A DNA stretch of 29,089 nucleotides from Candidatus Aenigmatarchaeota archaeon (lineage in GTDB: Archaea; Aenigmatarchaeota; Aenigmatarchaeia; QMZP01): the NCBI GenBank assembly GCA_016202725.1, contig JACQOD010000055.1, positions 1 through 29,089 of the forward strand, written 5' to 3'. Positions within the stretch are counted from its first letter, which is position 1, and the number at the start of each line of letters is the position of its first letter. The translations under genes were made by a program, and so were the position numbers. Positions 8,973 through 15,987 of this stretch are shown here, in pieces. The notes below the pieces were generated by a model. The model worked only from the letters and a program-made list of their open reading frames with translations. It did not search any database and was not told the DNA's origin.

Positions 8973-9196
8973 GCCGGGGTGGCAGAACGGCTAAACGTTC
9001 GTGGGCCACTGCGCCAGACTTGAGCACGAGATATGATGATCCCCGCCTCGTGCGGGGAAATGATTTTTTGGCTTGACTCTGATACGGCGGAACATGAGGA
9101 GCAACCCTCGTGAAGATATCTGGTGTCCGCAAAGGCGCGCCGCAGGGATGCGGCCCACCGCGGAAGGACGTACAGGTTCGAATCCTGTCCCCGGCG
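8973..9196 (+). tRNA. tRNA-Ser(UGA) with three introns (8995-9009, 9025-9117, 9133-9165)
   Basis: Removing three BHB-bounded segments gives a canonical type II tRNA: GCCGGGG TG GCAGAACGGCTAATGC G CCAGA CTTGAGA TCTGG T GTCC GCAA GGAC GT ACAGG TTCGAAT CCTGT CCCCGGC G. Confidence 0.92.
9025..9117 (+). ncRNA. Candidate intron-encoded box C/D sRNA
   Basis: ATGATGA (9033-39), CTGA (9079-82), ATGAGGA (9094-9100), degenerate GTGA (9110-13); terminal stem CACGAG/CTCGTG. Confidence 0.55.
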
Positions 9197-9324
9197 TCCG
9201 GTCCCAGGCACGAAAGAGGTATTGAGGTCCGTCGTCCGCATGTAGCCGTTCGGGGCATATGGATGGCAGGTCGCGACCTCCGGTAGGCATGCCACATATT
9301 AGAAAATGTTAGGAACTATACTCT

Positions 9325-9560
9325 ATGATGAACACGGCGGTCCGGAAGCTGGAATTGAAGATCCCTAAGGATGTTCTGGAGCACGCTGCAAAGGAAGGCC
9401 TCTCCATTGAGGGCTTCCGGAGGACCCTTGAGCTCTTCGGTACCATGCCACTTGTCGCGGAGACCAGTTCCCTCACCAGGGGGAAGGCGGAGAAGCTTTC
9501 GGAACCCGTCAAGGGAAGCGCATGGACGAGGGTGGCCCGAGGCGGAAGGAGAGAATCACG
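9325..9560 (+). pseudogene. Possible degenerate small antitoxin-like gene reading through into the DUF59 gene
   Basis: LKIPKDV...SSLTRGKAEKLSEPVKGSAW resembles archaeal antitoxin-like proteins (recollection only). No stop before ATG 9643; end coordinate approximate. Confidence 0.3.
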
Positions 9561-9642
9561 GGGACGGACTAGGGCCCTTTTGAGAAGAGGTTGGGTAGCG
9601 CGGCAACCGGAAAGCATTAGTATCCTTGCGGGAAGCATTAGT

Positions 9643-9930
9643 ATGCTCACGCAAGAAGCGGTCCAGGACGCCCTGAAGCAGGTGATCGATCCGGAGCTGA
9701 AGCTGGATATTGTCACCCTGGGGTTGGTCTACAAGGTCGAGGTGGATACCCAGGGGAATGTCTCGATCCTCATGACCCTCACCACCATGGCCTGCCCCTA
9801 CGGGCCCGCCCTCATCGATGAGATCCGCGAGAAGGTCATGGCCCTCCGGGCCAGCACCGTGGACGTCCAGGTCACCTTCGATCCGCCGTGGAAGCCGCCG
9901 GAAGAGGTGCTCGCCCAACTCGGCCTGTAA
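9643..9930 (+). CDS. DUF59/SufT/MIP18 Fe-S cluster assembly protein
   Basis: ALKQVIDPEL..DIV.LGLVY, MTLTT..CP, V.VTFDPPW motifs. Confidence 0.92.
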   Translation: MLTQEAVQDALKQVIDPELKLDIVTLGLVYKVEVDTQGNVSILMTLTTMACPYGPALIDEIREKVMALRASTVDVQVTFDPPWKPPEEVLAQLGL

Positions 9931-10073
9931 GGGTCACCGCAGAACAACTTGGATCGTGTGCAAGATCTCGGACGAGGAGATTATGTCGTTGAGCGTCCGG
10001 AGGCATTCGCTCCGCCCTCAAGGGATTGCACCATCAGCTCAAGGAAAGAGACGGTTTAGTTTGCGGCAAGGCC
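9931..10073 (+). mobile_element. MITE family 2 copy b (143 bp, TAA target duplication = upstream stop codon)
   Basis: TAA at 9928-30 and 10074-76; ends GGGTCACCGCAG / TTTGCGGCAAGGCC; internal homology to copies a and c. Confidence 0.85.
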
Positions 10074-10201
10074 TAAGCGCTTCGTGAAAGGGTTCTTCAC
10101 GACGTCGCTCGCGGCCCTCCCGGCCCCCCGCCAGCTGGTGACTTTTTATGCCTCCCTCCCCAACAGGGGAGTGCGCGCGTTTGCGCGTTAAGGAGGGTAG
10201 C

Positions 10202-10627
10202 ATGAACACACAGTATGCAATCGCAGCAGCATTGGTCTTCGCTCTAGCAACCACCGCATCTGCAGCCACCATCGGCCCATCCAGCCTGCTCGCAGGCCTG
10301 AACCTGCCGGACCTCATCGTGGACAACGTGTCCATCTCGATCAGCGGCGACAACACCAGCAATTCCACCGTCAACATCACCGCCGTCATCAAAAACATCG
10401 GCAACGCCACGGCAAATGCATCCATCACGGGCTTCAGGGTCGTGCCGCTCGGAGGGGACAAGGGGATATCCACCCCCGCGCTCGCTCCGGGGGCGTCCAC
10501 CGCGGTCACCGCCACCTACAGCCTGCCGTCAGGGGCGTACAACCTGACCGTCAAGGCTGACGCCACGCTCGTGGTCGCCGAGTCCGTGGAGAACAACAAC
10601 GTCCTCAAAACCAGCTTCAGCGTCTAA
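10202..10627 (+). CDS. Secreted CARDB-domain protein
   Basis: Signal peptide; PDL.V...VIKNIG...LAPG...AD....V.ES.E.NN signature; RBS AAGGAGGG. Confidence 0.85.
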   Translation: MNTQYAIAAALVFALATTASAATIGPSSLLAGLNLPDLIVDNVSISISGDNTSNSTVNITAVIKNIGNATANASITGFRVVPLGGDKGISTPALAPGASTAVTATYSLPSGAYNLTVKADATLVVAESVENNNVLKTSFSV

Positions 10628-10637
10628 AGGGCATTCT

Positions 10638-10665
10638 CCCGGGGGCTTGTTCTTTTGCCCCCGGG
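10638..10665 (+). terminator. GC hairpin after the CARDB gene
   Basis: CCCGGGGGC / GCCCCCGGG inverted repeat with a T-rich loop just after the stop. Confidence 0.4.
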
Positions 10666-10681
10666 CCCCTTCCGGGGGTTA

Positions 10682-10827
10682 GGGCTTACCGCAGAATGAC
10701 GTGAACTGCGTGCAAGATCCCGGATCAGGAGATGAGGTCATTGCGCATCCGGAGGCATTCCCTCCATCCTCAATAGAAGTACGCCATCCTCCCCGAGGGA
10801 ATAGACAGTTTATTTTGCGGCAAAACC
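10682..10827 (+). mobile_element. MITE family 2 copy c (146 bp, TTA target duplication)
   Basis: TTA at 10679-81 and 10828-30; ends GGGCTTACCGCAGA / TTTGCGGCAAAACC. Confidence 0.87.
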
Positions 10828-10928
10828 TTAAGGGAAGGGCCGCCCCGCGCCCGGGCTGCGCATCGCCTGTCCCCGGGAATCTCAGACGCCTTTAAAAATC
10901 TTCCCTCCATCACTACGGCAAGGAGGGT

Positions 10929-11597
10929 ATGAAAATGAAAGCGCTTTACGCAGCAGTTGTTCTCGCAACCTTGACCATCGCAGCAGCAGCCAGCGCCTCG
11001 GTACTCATCAGCAGCCAGCATGTCAACGCCAACTCGTGCTTCGACACGGACGGCGGGGACAATGTCCTCGTCGCCGGTTCCATCAACGCCACCCTGAAGG
11101 ACTTCTCCCTGGGCGGCACCGACCATTGCATCGACCAATACACGGTAGGCGAATACGCCTGCTCCAACGACGTCCCGGGGACCCCCCAGAACTACGCGGC
11201 CTTCGGCTCCACGGATTGCCGGACGGTCCTGACTAACGGCATCTGCCAGGCCGGCAGGTGCGTGGGCGGCCTCGCGGACCTCACCGTCACCAGCTTCCGC
11301 GCCACTTCGGCCAACGGCTCCAACAGCAGCAACGTCTCCGTCACCTTCGAGGTCACGGTCAAGAACATTGGCATCAACTCCGCGCCCCAGACCTACACCT
11401 CGGTGAACGTGATCGGCGGGGGCTTCGCCTCCATCGCCACGCCTGGCCTGGCGCCGAACGCCCTGACGACCGTGACGACGGGCATGAACCTTGTCCGCGG
11501 CCGCACCTACAACGCCACGGCAACGGCGGACTGGACCAACCTGGTCAGCGAATCGAACGAGAACAACAACGCGCGCACCATCACCTTCACCGCCTAG
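10929..11597 (+). CDS. Secreted protein: Cys-rich CxDxDGG module plus CARDB domain
   Basis: Signal peptide; CFDTDGG...D.C...EY.C...C...C..G.C; ADLTV...VKNIG...ESNENNN. Confidence 0.82.
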   Translation: MKMKALYAAVVLATLTIAAAASASVLISSQHVNANSCFDTDGGDNVLVAGSINATLKDFSLGGTDHCIDQYTVGEYACSNDVPGTPQNYAAFGSTDCRTVLTNGICQAGRCVGGLADLTVTSFRATSANGSNSSNVSVTFEVTVKNIGINSAPQTYTSVNVIGGGFASIATPGLAPNALTTVTTGMNLVRGRTYNATATADWTNLVSESNENNNARTITFTA

Positions 11598-12202
11598 GCG
11601 GGGGAGGCCAAATCGGTTTTTTTCCCTTTTTTTCTTTGCCCGCCCAGCGGCAGCGCTCCCTTGCGGCGGATTTCCTTGGGCTGGCCGCCGCTCAGGTCCC
11701 AGATGCGCGAGGCCTGCCGTCCCAGGGTCCCGCCGTCCACCCAGAGGTCGGCCTGACGGAACCGGCCGGGCAGTTCCCGCAGCGACCTGGCAGTCGGCTG
11801 GCCCGACAGGTTCGCCGAGGTCGTGACCAGGGGGACCCTGGCCGCGCGCACCAGCGCGGCGATGGGGTGGGCCGGGATCCGTATCCCCAGCAGCCTGCCC
11901 GGGGAGCAGGCCCGCAGGAAGCGGGGATCCTTTTTCTCCAGCAGGAGGGTGACCGGTCCCGGCAGCCCTTCCAGAAAGGCGGGGTGGCGGACCACCAGGT
12001 GCCGGCGCACCCAGGCGAGGGAGGGCGCAATCACCGAGAACGGGTGGTCGGTCCCCTTCAGCAGACTGACCTTTCGGACAGGGGTGGGCAGCAGGGCATT
12101 GCAGCCAATGCCGTAGACCGTATCCGTGGGATACGCCAGGATCGCTCCCTCCCGGATCGCCGCCAGGATCTTCCCCCGCTCCGCCAGCGCGCAGGTCTCC
12201 AT
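11594..12202 (-). CDS. sua5: L-threonylcarbamoyladenylate synthase (Sua5/YrdC, TsaC-like)
   Basis: YPTDTVYGIGC, PGPVTL, GIRIP, TTSANLSG motifs. Confidence 0.92.
   Translation of the reverse strand: METCALAERGKILAAIREGAILAYPTDTVYGIGCNALLPTPVRKVSLLKGTDHPFSVIAPSLAWVRRHLVVRHPAFLEGLPGPVTLLLEKKDPRFLRACSPGRLLGIRIPAHPIAALVRAARVPLVTTSANLSGQPTARSLRELPGRFRQADLWVDGGTLGRQASRIWDLSGGQPKEIRRKGALPLGGQRKKGKKTDLASPA
11617..11637 (+). terminator. Oligo-T archaeal terminator
   Basis: TTTTTTTCCCTTTTTTTCTTT 20 bp after the stop codon. Confidence 0.45.
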
Positions 12203-12237
12203 ACCCCCTTTTATGCCTGTTTCCCGGATAAGTACGC

Positions 12238-13218
12238 ATGGAGTTCCGGCGGCGGGTGCGCACCCTCCAGGGCCTGCTCGAAGCCAAGCGGCTGCCAGGC
12301 ACCCTGCTGTCCCATCCCCACGATGTTTTCTACTACACCGGCTACCCTGCAGGGACCGACGACCATCCCCTCGCCCTCATCCCCGCCGCAGGGAAGCCCG
12401 TGCTGCTGCTGTCGGCCCTGGCAGTCCCTATCCGCGCGTACGGGCAGGTCCTCACGGACGGGAAGGCCTTCTCCAGGCACCTCCCCCGGCGGGTGGGGAT
12501 CGACGAAACCTCCCTGTCCGTGGCATCCTTCCTCTCCCTGCGGAAGCGCACGCGCCCCGTGCCTGCGGGGGAGCTCATCAAGCGCCCCCGCCAGGTGAAG
12601 GACGCTAGCGAGCTGGCGTGCATGCGCGCGGCTGTCCGCGTGGACCGCACTGTCTTCCGCAGCCTGCGGCTGGAGGGGACCGAGCAGGAGGTTGCCCGCC
12701 GCATCCGGGAGGCCTTCCACGCCCGGGGGGCGGAGGAAGCGTATGAAGCCATCGTGGCCACCGGCAGGAACGCGGGCACCTCCATCCACCACGTCCCCAC
12801 CGCAGCCCGGCTCTCCCGGCAGGCCACCACGATCGTGGATGCGGGAGCCTCCCTGGGGGGCTACAGCACGGACGTCACCCGCACCTTCTGGGACTCCAGC
12901 AACAGGGTCCAGCAGGACCTTGCGGACACGGTCAAGGCCCTCCAGGAGGAATGCATCTCCCGGGTGGCCCCTGGCGTGAAATTCTCCTCCCTGGACGCGT
13001 TCTACAAGCGGGAGCTGGGGAAGCGCGGCTTCACGGTCCGGCACGGGCTGGGCCACGGGATCGGGATCTTCGTGCACGAGCCTGCCGAGAAGCTGGAGAA
13101 GGGCATGGTCATCACCATCGAGCCCGGGATCTACACCGGCAGCATGGGCTGCCGGATCGAGGACATGGTCCTGGTGACCCGCTCCGGCAGGGAAGTGCTC
13201 ACGCGCAGCGTGCGGTGA
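12238..13218 (+). CDS. Xaa-Pro aminopeptidase/prolidase (M24B)
   Basis: VDAGA...Y.TD.TRT, HGLGHGIG..VHE.., TIEPGIY, RIED motifs. Confidence 0.9.
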   Translation: MEFRRRVRTLQGLLEAKRLPGTLLSHPHDVFYYTGYPAGTDDHPLALIPAAGKPVLLLSALAVPIRAYGQVLTDGKAFSRHLPRRVGIDETSLSVASFLSLRKRTRPVPAGELIKRPRQVKDASELACMRAAVRVDRTVFRSLRLEGTEQEVARRIREAFHARGAEEAYEAIVATGRNAGTSIHHVPTAARLSRQATTIVDAGASLGGYSTDVTRTFWDSSNRVQQDLADTVKALQEECISRVAPGVKFSSLDAFYKRELGKRGFTVRHGLGHGIGIFVHEPAEKLEKGMVITIEPGIYTGSMGCRIEDMVLVTRSGREVLTRSVR

Positions 13219-13338
13219 GCAGACAGAAAACCTTCTCCAGGCGGGAGCAAGGATGTGCAGAGAAAGGCCTTTCTCTGCACGTCTCATGGAGAATTCACCA
13301 CAGGGCCGCGCTGCCGCTGGATTCCTGGCAAGCAGAAT

Positions 13339-13638
13339 TTACTCCTCTTCCTTGGTGGGCTCGGGCCCTTCCGTTCCCTCGGCCACGGGCGCCGCGAAGT
13401 GCTTGATAAGCACGATGTCCCCGATGGCCCTGACCATGGGGTAGGGGATGATGATTCCCTTCTTCCTGCCCAGCATCTCCGAGAGGTAGGAACCCTTCGC
13501 GGCCTTGACCACGAGGGACCGCATCTTGAAGCGCTTGAGGTCGCACTCGATGTCCTCCACCTTGCCGCAGTAGAGGCCCTTGTCGGTGAAGACGTCCTTC
13601 ATCCACGTCTCGGACACCGAAGAAACCTGGATACCCAT
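13339..13638 (-). CDS. PRC-barrel domain protein
   Basis: KDVFTDKG...GKVED..., IIPY.MVRAIGDIVLI. Confidence 0.85.
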   Translation of the reverse strand: MGIQVSSVSETWMKDVFTDKGLYCGKVEDIECDLKRFKMRSLVVKAAKGSYLSEMLGRKKGIIIPYPMVRAIGDIVLIKHFAAPVAEGTEGPEPTKEEE

Positions 13639-13804
13639 TGAGCAGTCACCAATTGCATCTTAATGGGGGGTTATCTTTATAAACCTTTTCGGGATGCGCG
13701 TTCTTCCCCCTGTTTTCCGCGAGGGGATGTTCCCGGTCTATCGTTTCTTCGCGCCCCCCATGCGAATAAAAGGCCCAGCCACAATAGTGGTATGCTGGGA
13801 ACAA

Positions 13805-13922
13805 GCTGGGATATGGTATCCCCACCCATGGGCCGAACGGCAAGGCGCAGATTCCTTTGGAAGCGCAAGATTGCTAATCCTGTGGGCGCAAGCCCTTGAG
13901 AGTTCGAATCTCTCTCCCAGCG
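13805..13922 (+). tRNA. tRNA-Ser(GCU) with two 18-nt introns (8/9: 13813-13830; 29/30: 13851-13868)
   Basis: Mature: GCTGGGA TG GCCGAACGGCAAGGC G CAGGA TTGCTAA TCCTG T GGGC GCAA GCCC TT GAGAG TTCGAAT CTCTC TCCCAGC G. Both introns form BHBs (TGGG/CCCA; GCGC/GCGC). Confidence 0.93.
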
Positions 13923-14132
13923 CTTCCTTCACGGCTAGGCCTTGGTCCGCTACACACGGCATTCCGGCAAGAAATAGGCGCTGCCATGATCGAGCCCGAT
14001 GAGTCCGTGCTGTGCCAATCATTCGAAGGCCGGGCTGCTCTCTTCCGCTGCGCAGCCGGAAGCGCAAGCTCTACGCCGCCGTAGTATGAGCCTCCGCGAC
14101 CCCGTAGCGGGCTCTGCGCTGCGCAGTGGAAT

Positions 14133-14507
14133 TCATGCTTCCTCGAGGCGGATTCTCCGGATGCCGAGGCGGTCATAGACCGCGTCTGAAGAAATGAGCG
14201 TGTCATTGCATGCGCTCGCCGCATGGAGCGCATCGAAGACGTTCGCCTGTTTCTCCTTGATGAACGAGGCTGCGAGCAGGACCGTCCGGACGTCGATGCC
14301 GCGGATGTCCGCCAGTTCAGCGACGGCTGCGATGATCCGCTCCGGGTCGAGGCCGAAGCGGTCGCAGAGCAGCAGCAATTCAATGCAGGTGGCCATCCCC
14401 GTCCACAGGGATCCCTTGTACCGCTGGAGCAGGCGCTCTGCGCGGCGCTTGAGCCAGTCGGACTCCTTGATCAGCGCAAGGAAGAAGTCCGTGTCCGCGT
14501 ATGGCGT
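14133..14507 (-). CDS. vapC: PIN-domain (VapC-like) toxin; no ATG at the expected start (ACG)
   Basis: YADTDFFLAL...E...FDALHAA...SSD.VYD. The codon two before Tyr is ACG, behind AGGAGGT. Confidence 0.75.
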   Translation of the reverse strand, partial: TPYADTDFFLALIKESDWLKRRAERLLQRYKGSLWTGMATCIELLLLCDRFGLDPERIIAAVAELADIRGIDVRTVLLAASFIKEKQANVFDALHAASACNDTLISSDAVYDRLGIRRIRLEEA

Positions 14508-14734
14508 AGGACCTCCTTCCTTGCTTCCTTGCGGATCTCCTCGCGCAGCTTGGCCGCGGGGACATCGGGAAGCTTGCGTCCCTCCTCCCGCAGGTCGGCG
14601 AGGGGGTGGCGGGGCACGGGCACGAGCAGGACCCGGCCGGGTCCGGGAATGACGTAGTAGCTGTCCCCGTACCGGTCCCGAATGGGCCGCCGCAGGAGGA
14701 GGCGTCCCTTGGCATCGCATCTCACTGGGTGCAT
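14471..14734 (-). CDS. AbrB/MazE-type antitoxin
   Basis: V.CDAKGRL.L...IR.RYG N-terminus; overlaps the PIN gene; TATA at about 14755-14763. Start could be 14734 or 14740. Confidence 0.75.
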   Translation of the reverse strand: MHPVRCDAKGRLLLRRPIRDRYGDSYYVIPGPGRVLLVPVPRHPLADLREEGRKLPDVPAAKLREEIRKEARKEVLRHTRTRTSSLR

Positions 14735-14968
14735 GCACATATCGTGGTGGGATTCTTTATAAGCTTTACCCACTTTCATTCCATCTTTCCCACGTTCGCT
14801 TCAGGGAGCACTTCGATCGGGGGCCGGAGCCAGGTTTTTAAAAGCATGCAGCAAGCATTCCTCCCGGCTGTAGCCGGAGGATGCATTGCTGCCCTGTGGG
14901 AATTCCCCAACGCCAACGCCCTGCCAGCAGGAGCACTGGACGCTCAGCTGATAACCAACGAACCAATT

Positions 14969-15072
14969 GTACGTGTTTAACTGCACAACGCGTGCTATCG
15001 GTTTCCAAAAAGGAGGGAACAATGAAATCAGCAGCAATAGGACTTGTGGTGTGCAATGAGCTAAACACGTAC
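14969..15072 (+). mobile_element. MITE family 1 copy A (104 bp, 14-bp TIR, 8-bp TSD AACCAATT)
   Basis: GTACGTGTTTAACT...AGCTAAACACGTAC; AACCAATT at 14961-68 and 15073-80. Confidence 0.93.
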
Positions 15073-15104
15073 AACCAATTTAATCCCGGACACCCAGATT
15101 CGAT

Positions 15105-15467
15105 ATGCCCAGCGACGCCGAGATCCTGGAAGAATCCGCCCGGAAGGGGGACATCAAGTCCCTGGTCATCACCATGATCATGTCTGCCCTGGGCTTCCTG
15201 GTGGCCCTGCAATGGCGGGACGCGATCCAGGAGACCATCGACGCCTGGGTGCCCCAGGGGGAGGGGCTCTTCTGGACCTACGTCGCCGCGCTGCTGGTCA
15301 CCATCGGCGCCGCGGCGGCCGCGATCATCCTGGTCAGGCTGAAGCAGGCCAACCTCCTGCCCGAGGAGAAGCTTATCGGGCGCGCCCGCCGCATGCGGCA
15401 CCAGGAGGCCATGCGCCAGCGGGCGAAGCAGCTCGAGCAGGAAGCGAAAGAAGGCGCGCCAGCCTGA
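15105..15467 (+). CDS. DUF5654 family membrane protein
   Basis: ..SALGFLVALQW.DAI......L...YVAALLVT pattern; 2 TM. Confidence 0.75.
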   Translation: MPSDAEILEESARKGDIKSLVITMIMSALGFLVALQWRDAIQETIDAWVPQGEGLFWTYVAALLVTIGAAAAAIILVRLKQANLLPEEKLIGRARRMRHQEAMRQRAKQLEQEAKEGAPA

Positions 15468-15468
15468 A

Positions 15469-15554
15469 TGCGACCGCCGGGATTTGAACCCGGGTCACCG
15501 GCTTGGGAAGCCGAGATCCTGTCGTGCCCGAAGGAACCACTAGACTACGGTCGC
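15469..15554 (-). tRNA. tRNA-Gly(CCC) with a 15-nt D-loop intron (15521-15535)
   Basis: Acceptor GCGACCG/CGGTCGC, anticodon CCC at 15505-07. Removing TCCTTCGGGCACGAC (UUCG hairpin, relaxed BHB) restores GTCTAGTGGTAGGAT. Confidence 0.93.
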
Positions 15555-15613
15555 GCTACCGTGCTCTTGGCAGGCCGGGTTAATAAACGAGCAGAAAAGG
15601 GTAAAGAAAAAAG

Positions 15614-15710
15614 GTGCGTGTGCAGCTCGTTGCACATCGCTGGCTCTCCGCTGATGTCATTGTTCCCTCTTTTGGAAACGATAGCATGCGTTGTGCAGCT
15701 ACACACGCAC
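15614..15710 (-). mobile_element. MITE family 1 copy B (97 bp, TSD GAAAAAAG)
   Basis: TIR GTGCGTGTG(C/T)AGCT; GAAAAAAG at 15606-13 and 15711-18; core shared with copy A. Confidence 0.92.
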
Positions 15711-15725
15711 GAAAAAAGGAAGGCC

Positions 15726-15866
15726 TCAGTTGGCCCGCTGCTTCAGCTCCCTGATGCGCTCGGCGACGCCCTGGGATTCCTTGTCCAGCTCGTCCTTGTA
15801 CTCTTCGAGCATCTTGACCTTTTCTTCGCGCGTCAGGAACGACCGGGTCCCGCAACAACCGTCCAT
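15726..15866 (-). CDS. Small coiled-coil protein (DUF5320-like)
   Basis: 46 aa, CCG.R.FLT.EEK..MLEEY..EL.KE..GV.ERI..L; GGTGA RBS. Confidence 0.65.
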   Translation of the reverse strand: MDGCCGTRSFLTREEKVKMLEEYKDELDKESQGVAERIRELKQRAN

Positions 15867-15987
15867 GTCCTTCACCCCCTTGCCATCATATCGGATGTAC
15901 GATATATGGGGGCCGGGATTTATATACTTATCGGGCATCCGATAAGAAGGCGCGGGCTTTTTATTCCCGGCCTCCCAAGAGGGAATC

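Noticed and set aside
8973-9196. tRNA-Sec
   Set aside because: The anticodon is UGA (Ser), not UCA. The mature fold has a 7-bp acceptor and 5-bp T-stem. The apparent extra length is introns.
7148-10827. IS6-family origin for family 2 (ends resemble GGCACTGTTGCAAA)
   Set aside because: All three copies show 3-bp TWA duplications, not the 8-bp TSD of IS6.
13923-14132. Prophage or attR remnant after tRNA-Ser(GCU)
   Set aside because: No repeat of any tRNA 3' end and no integrase in the window; the short ORF is not recognisable.
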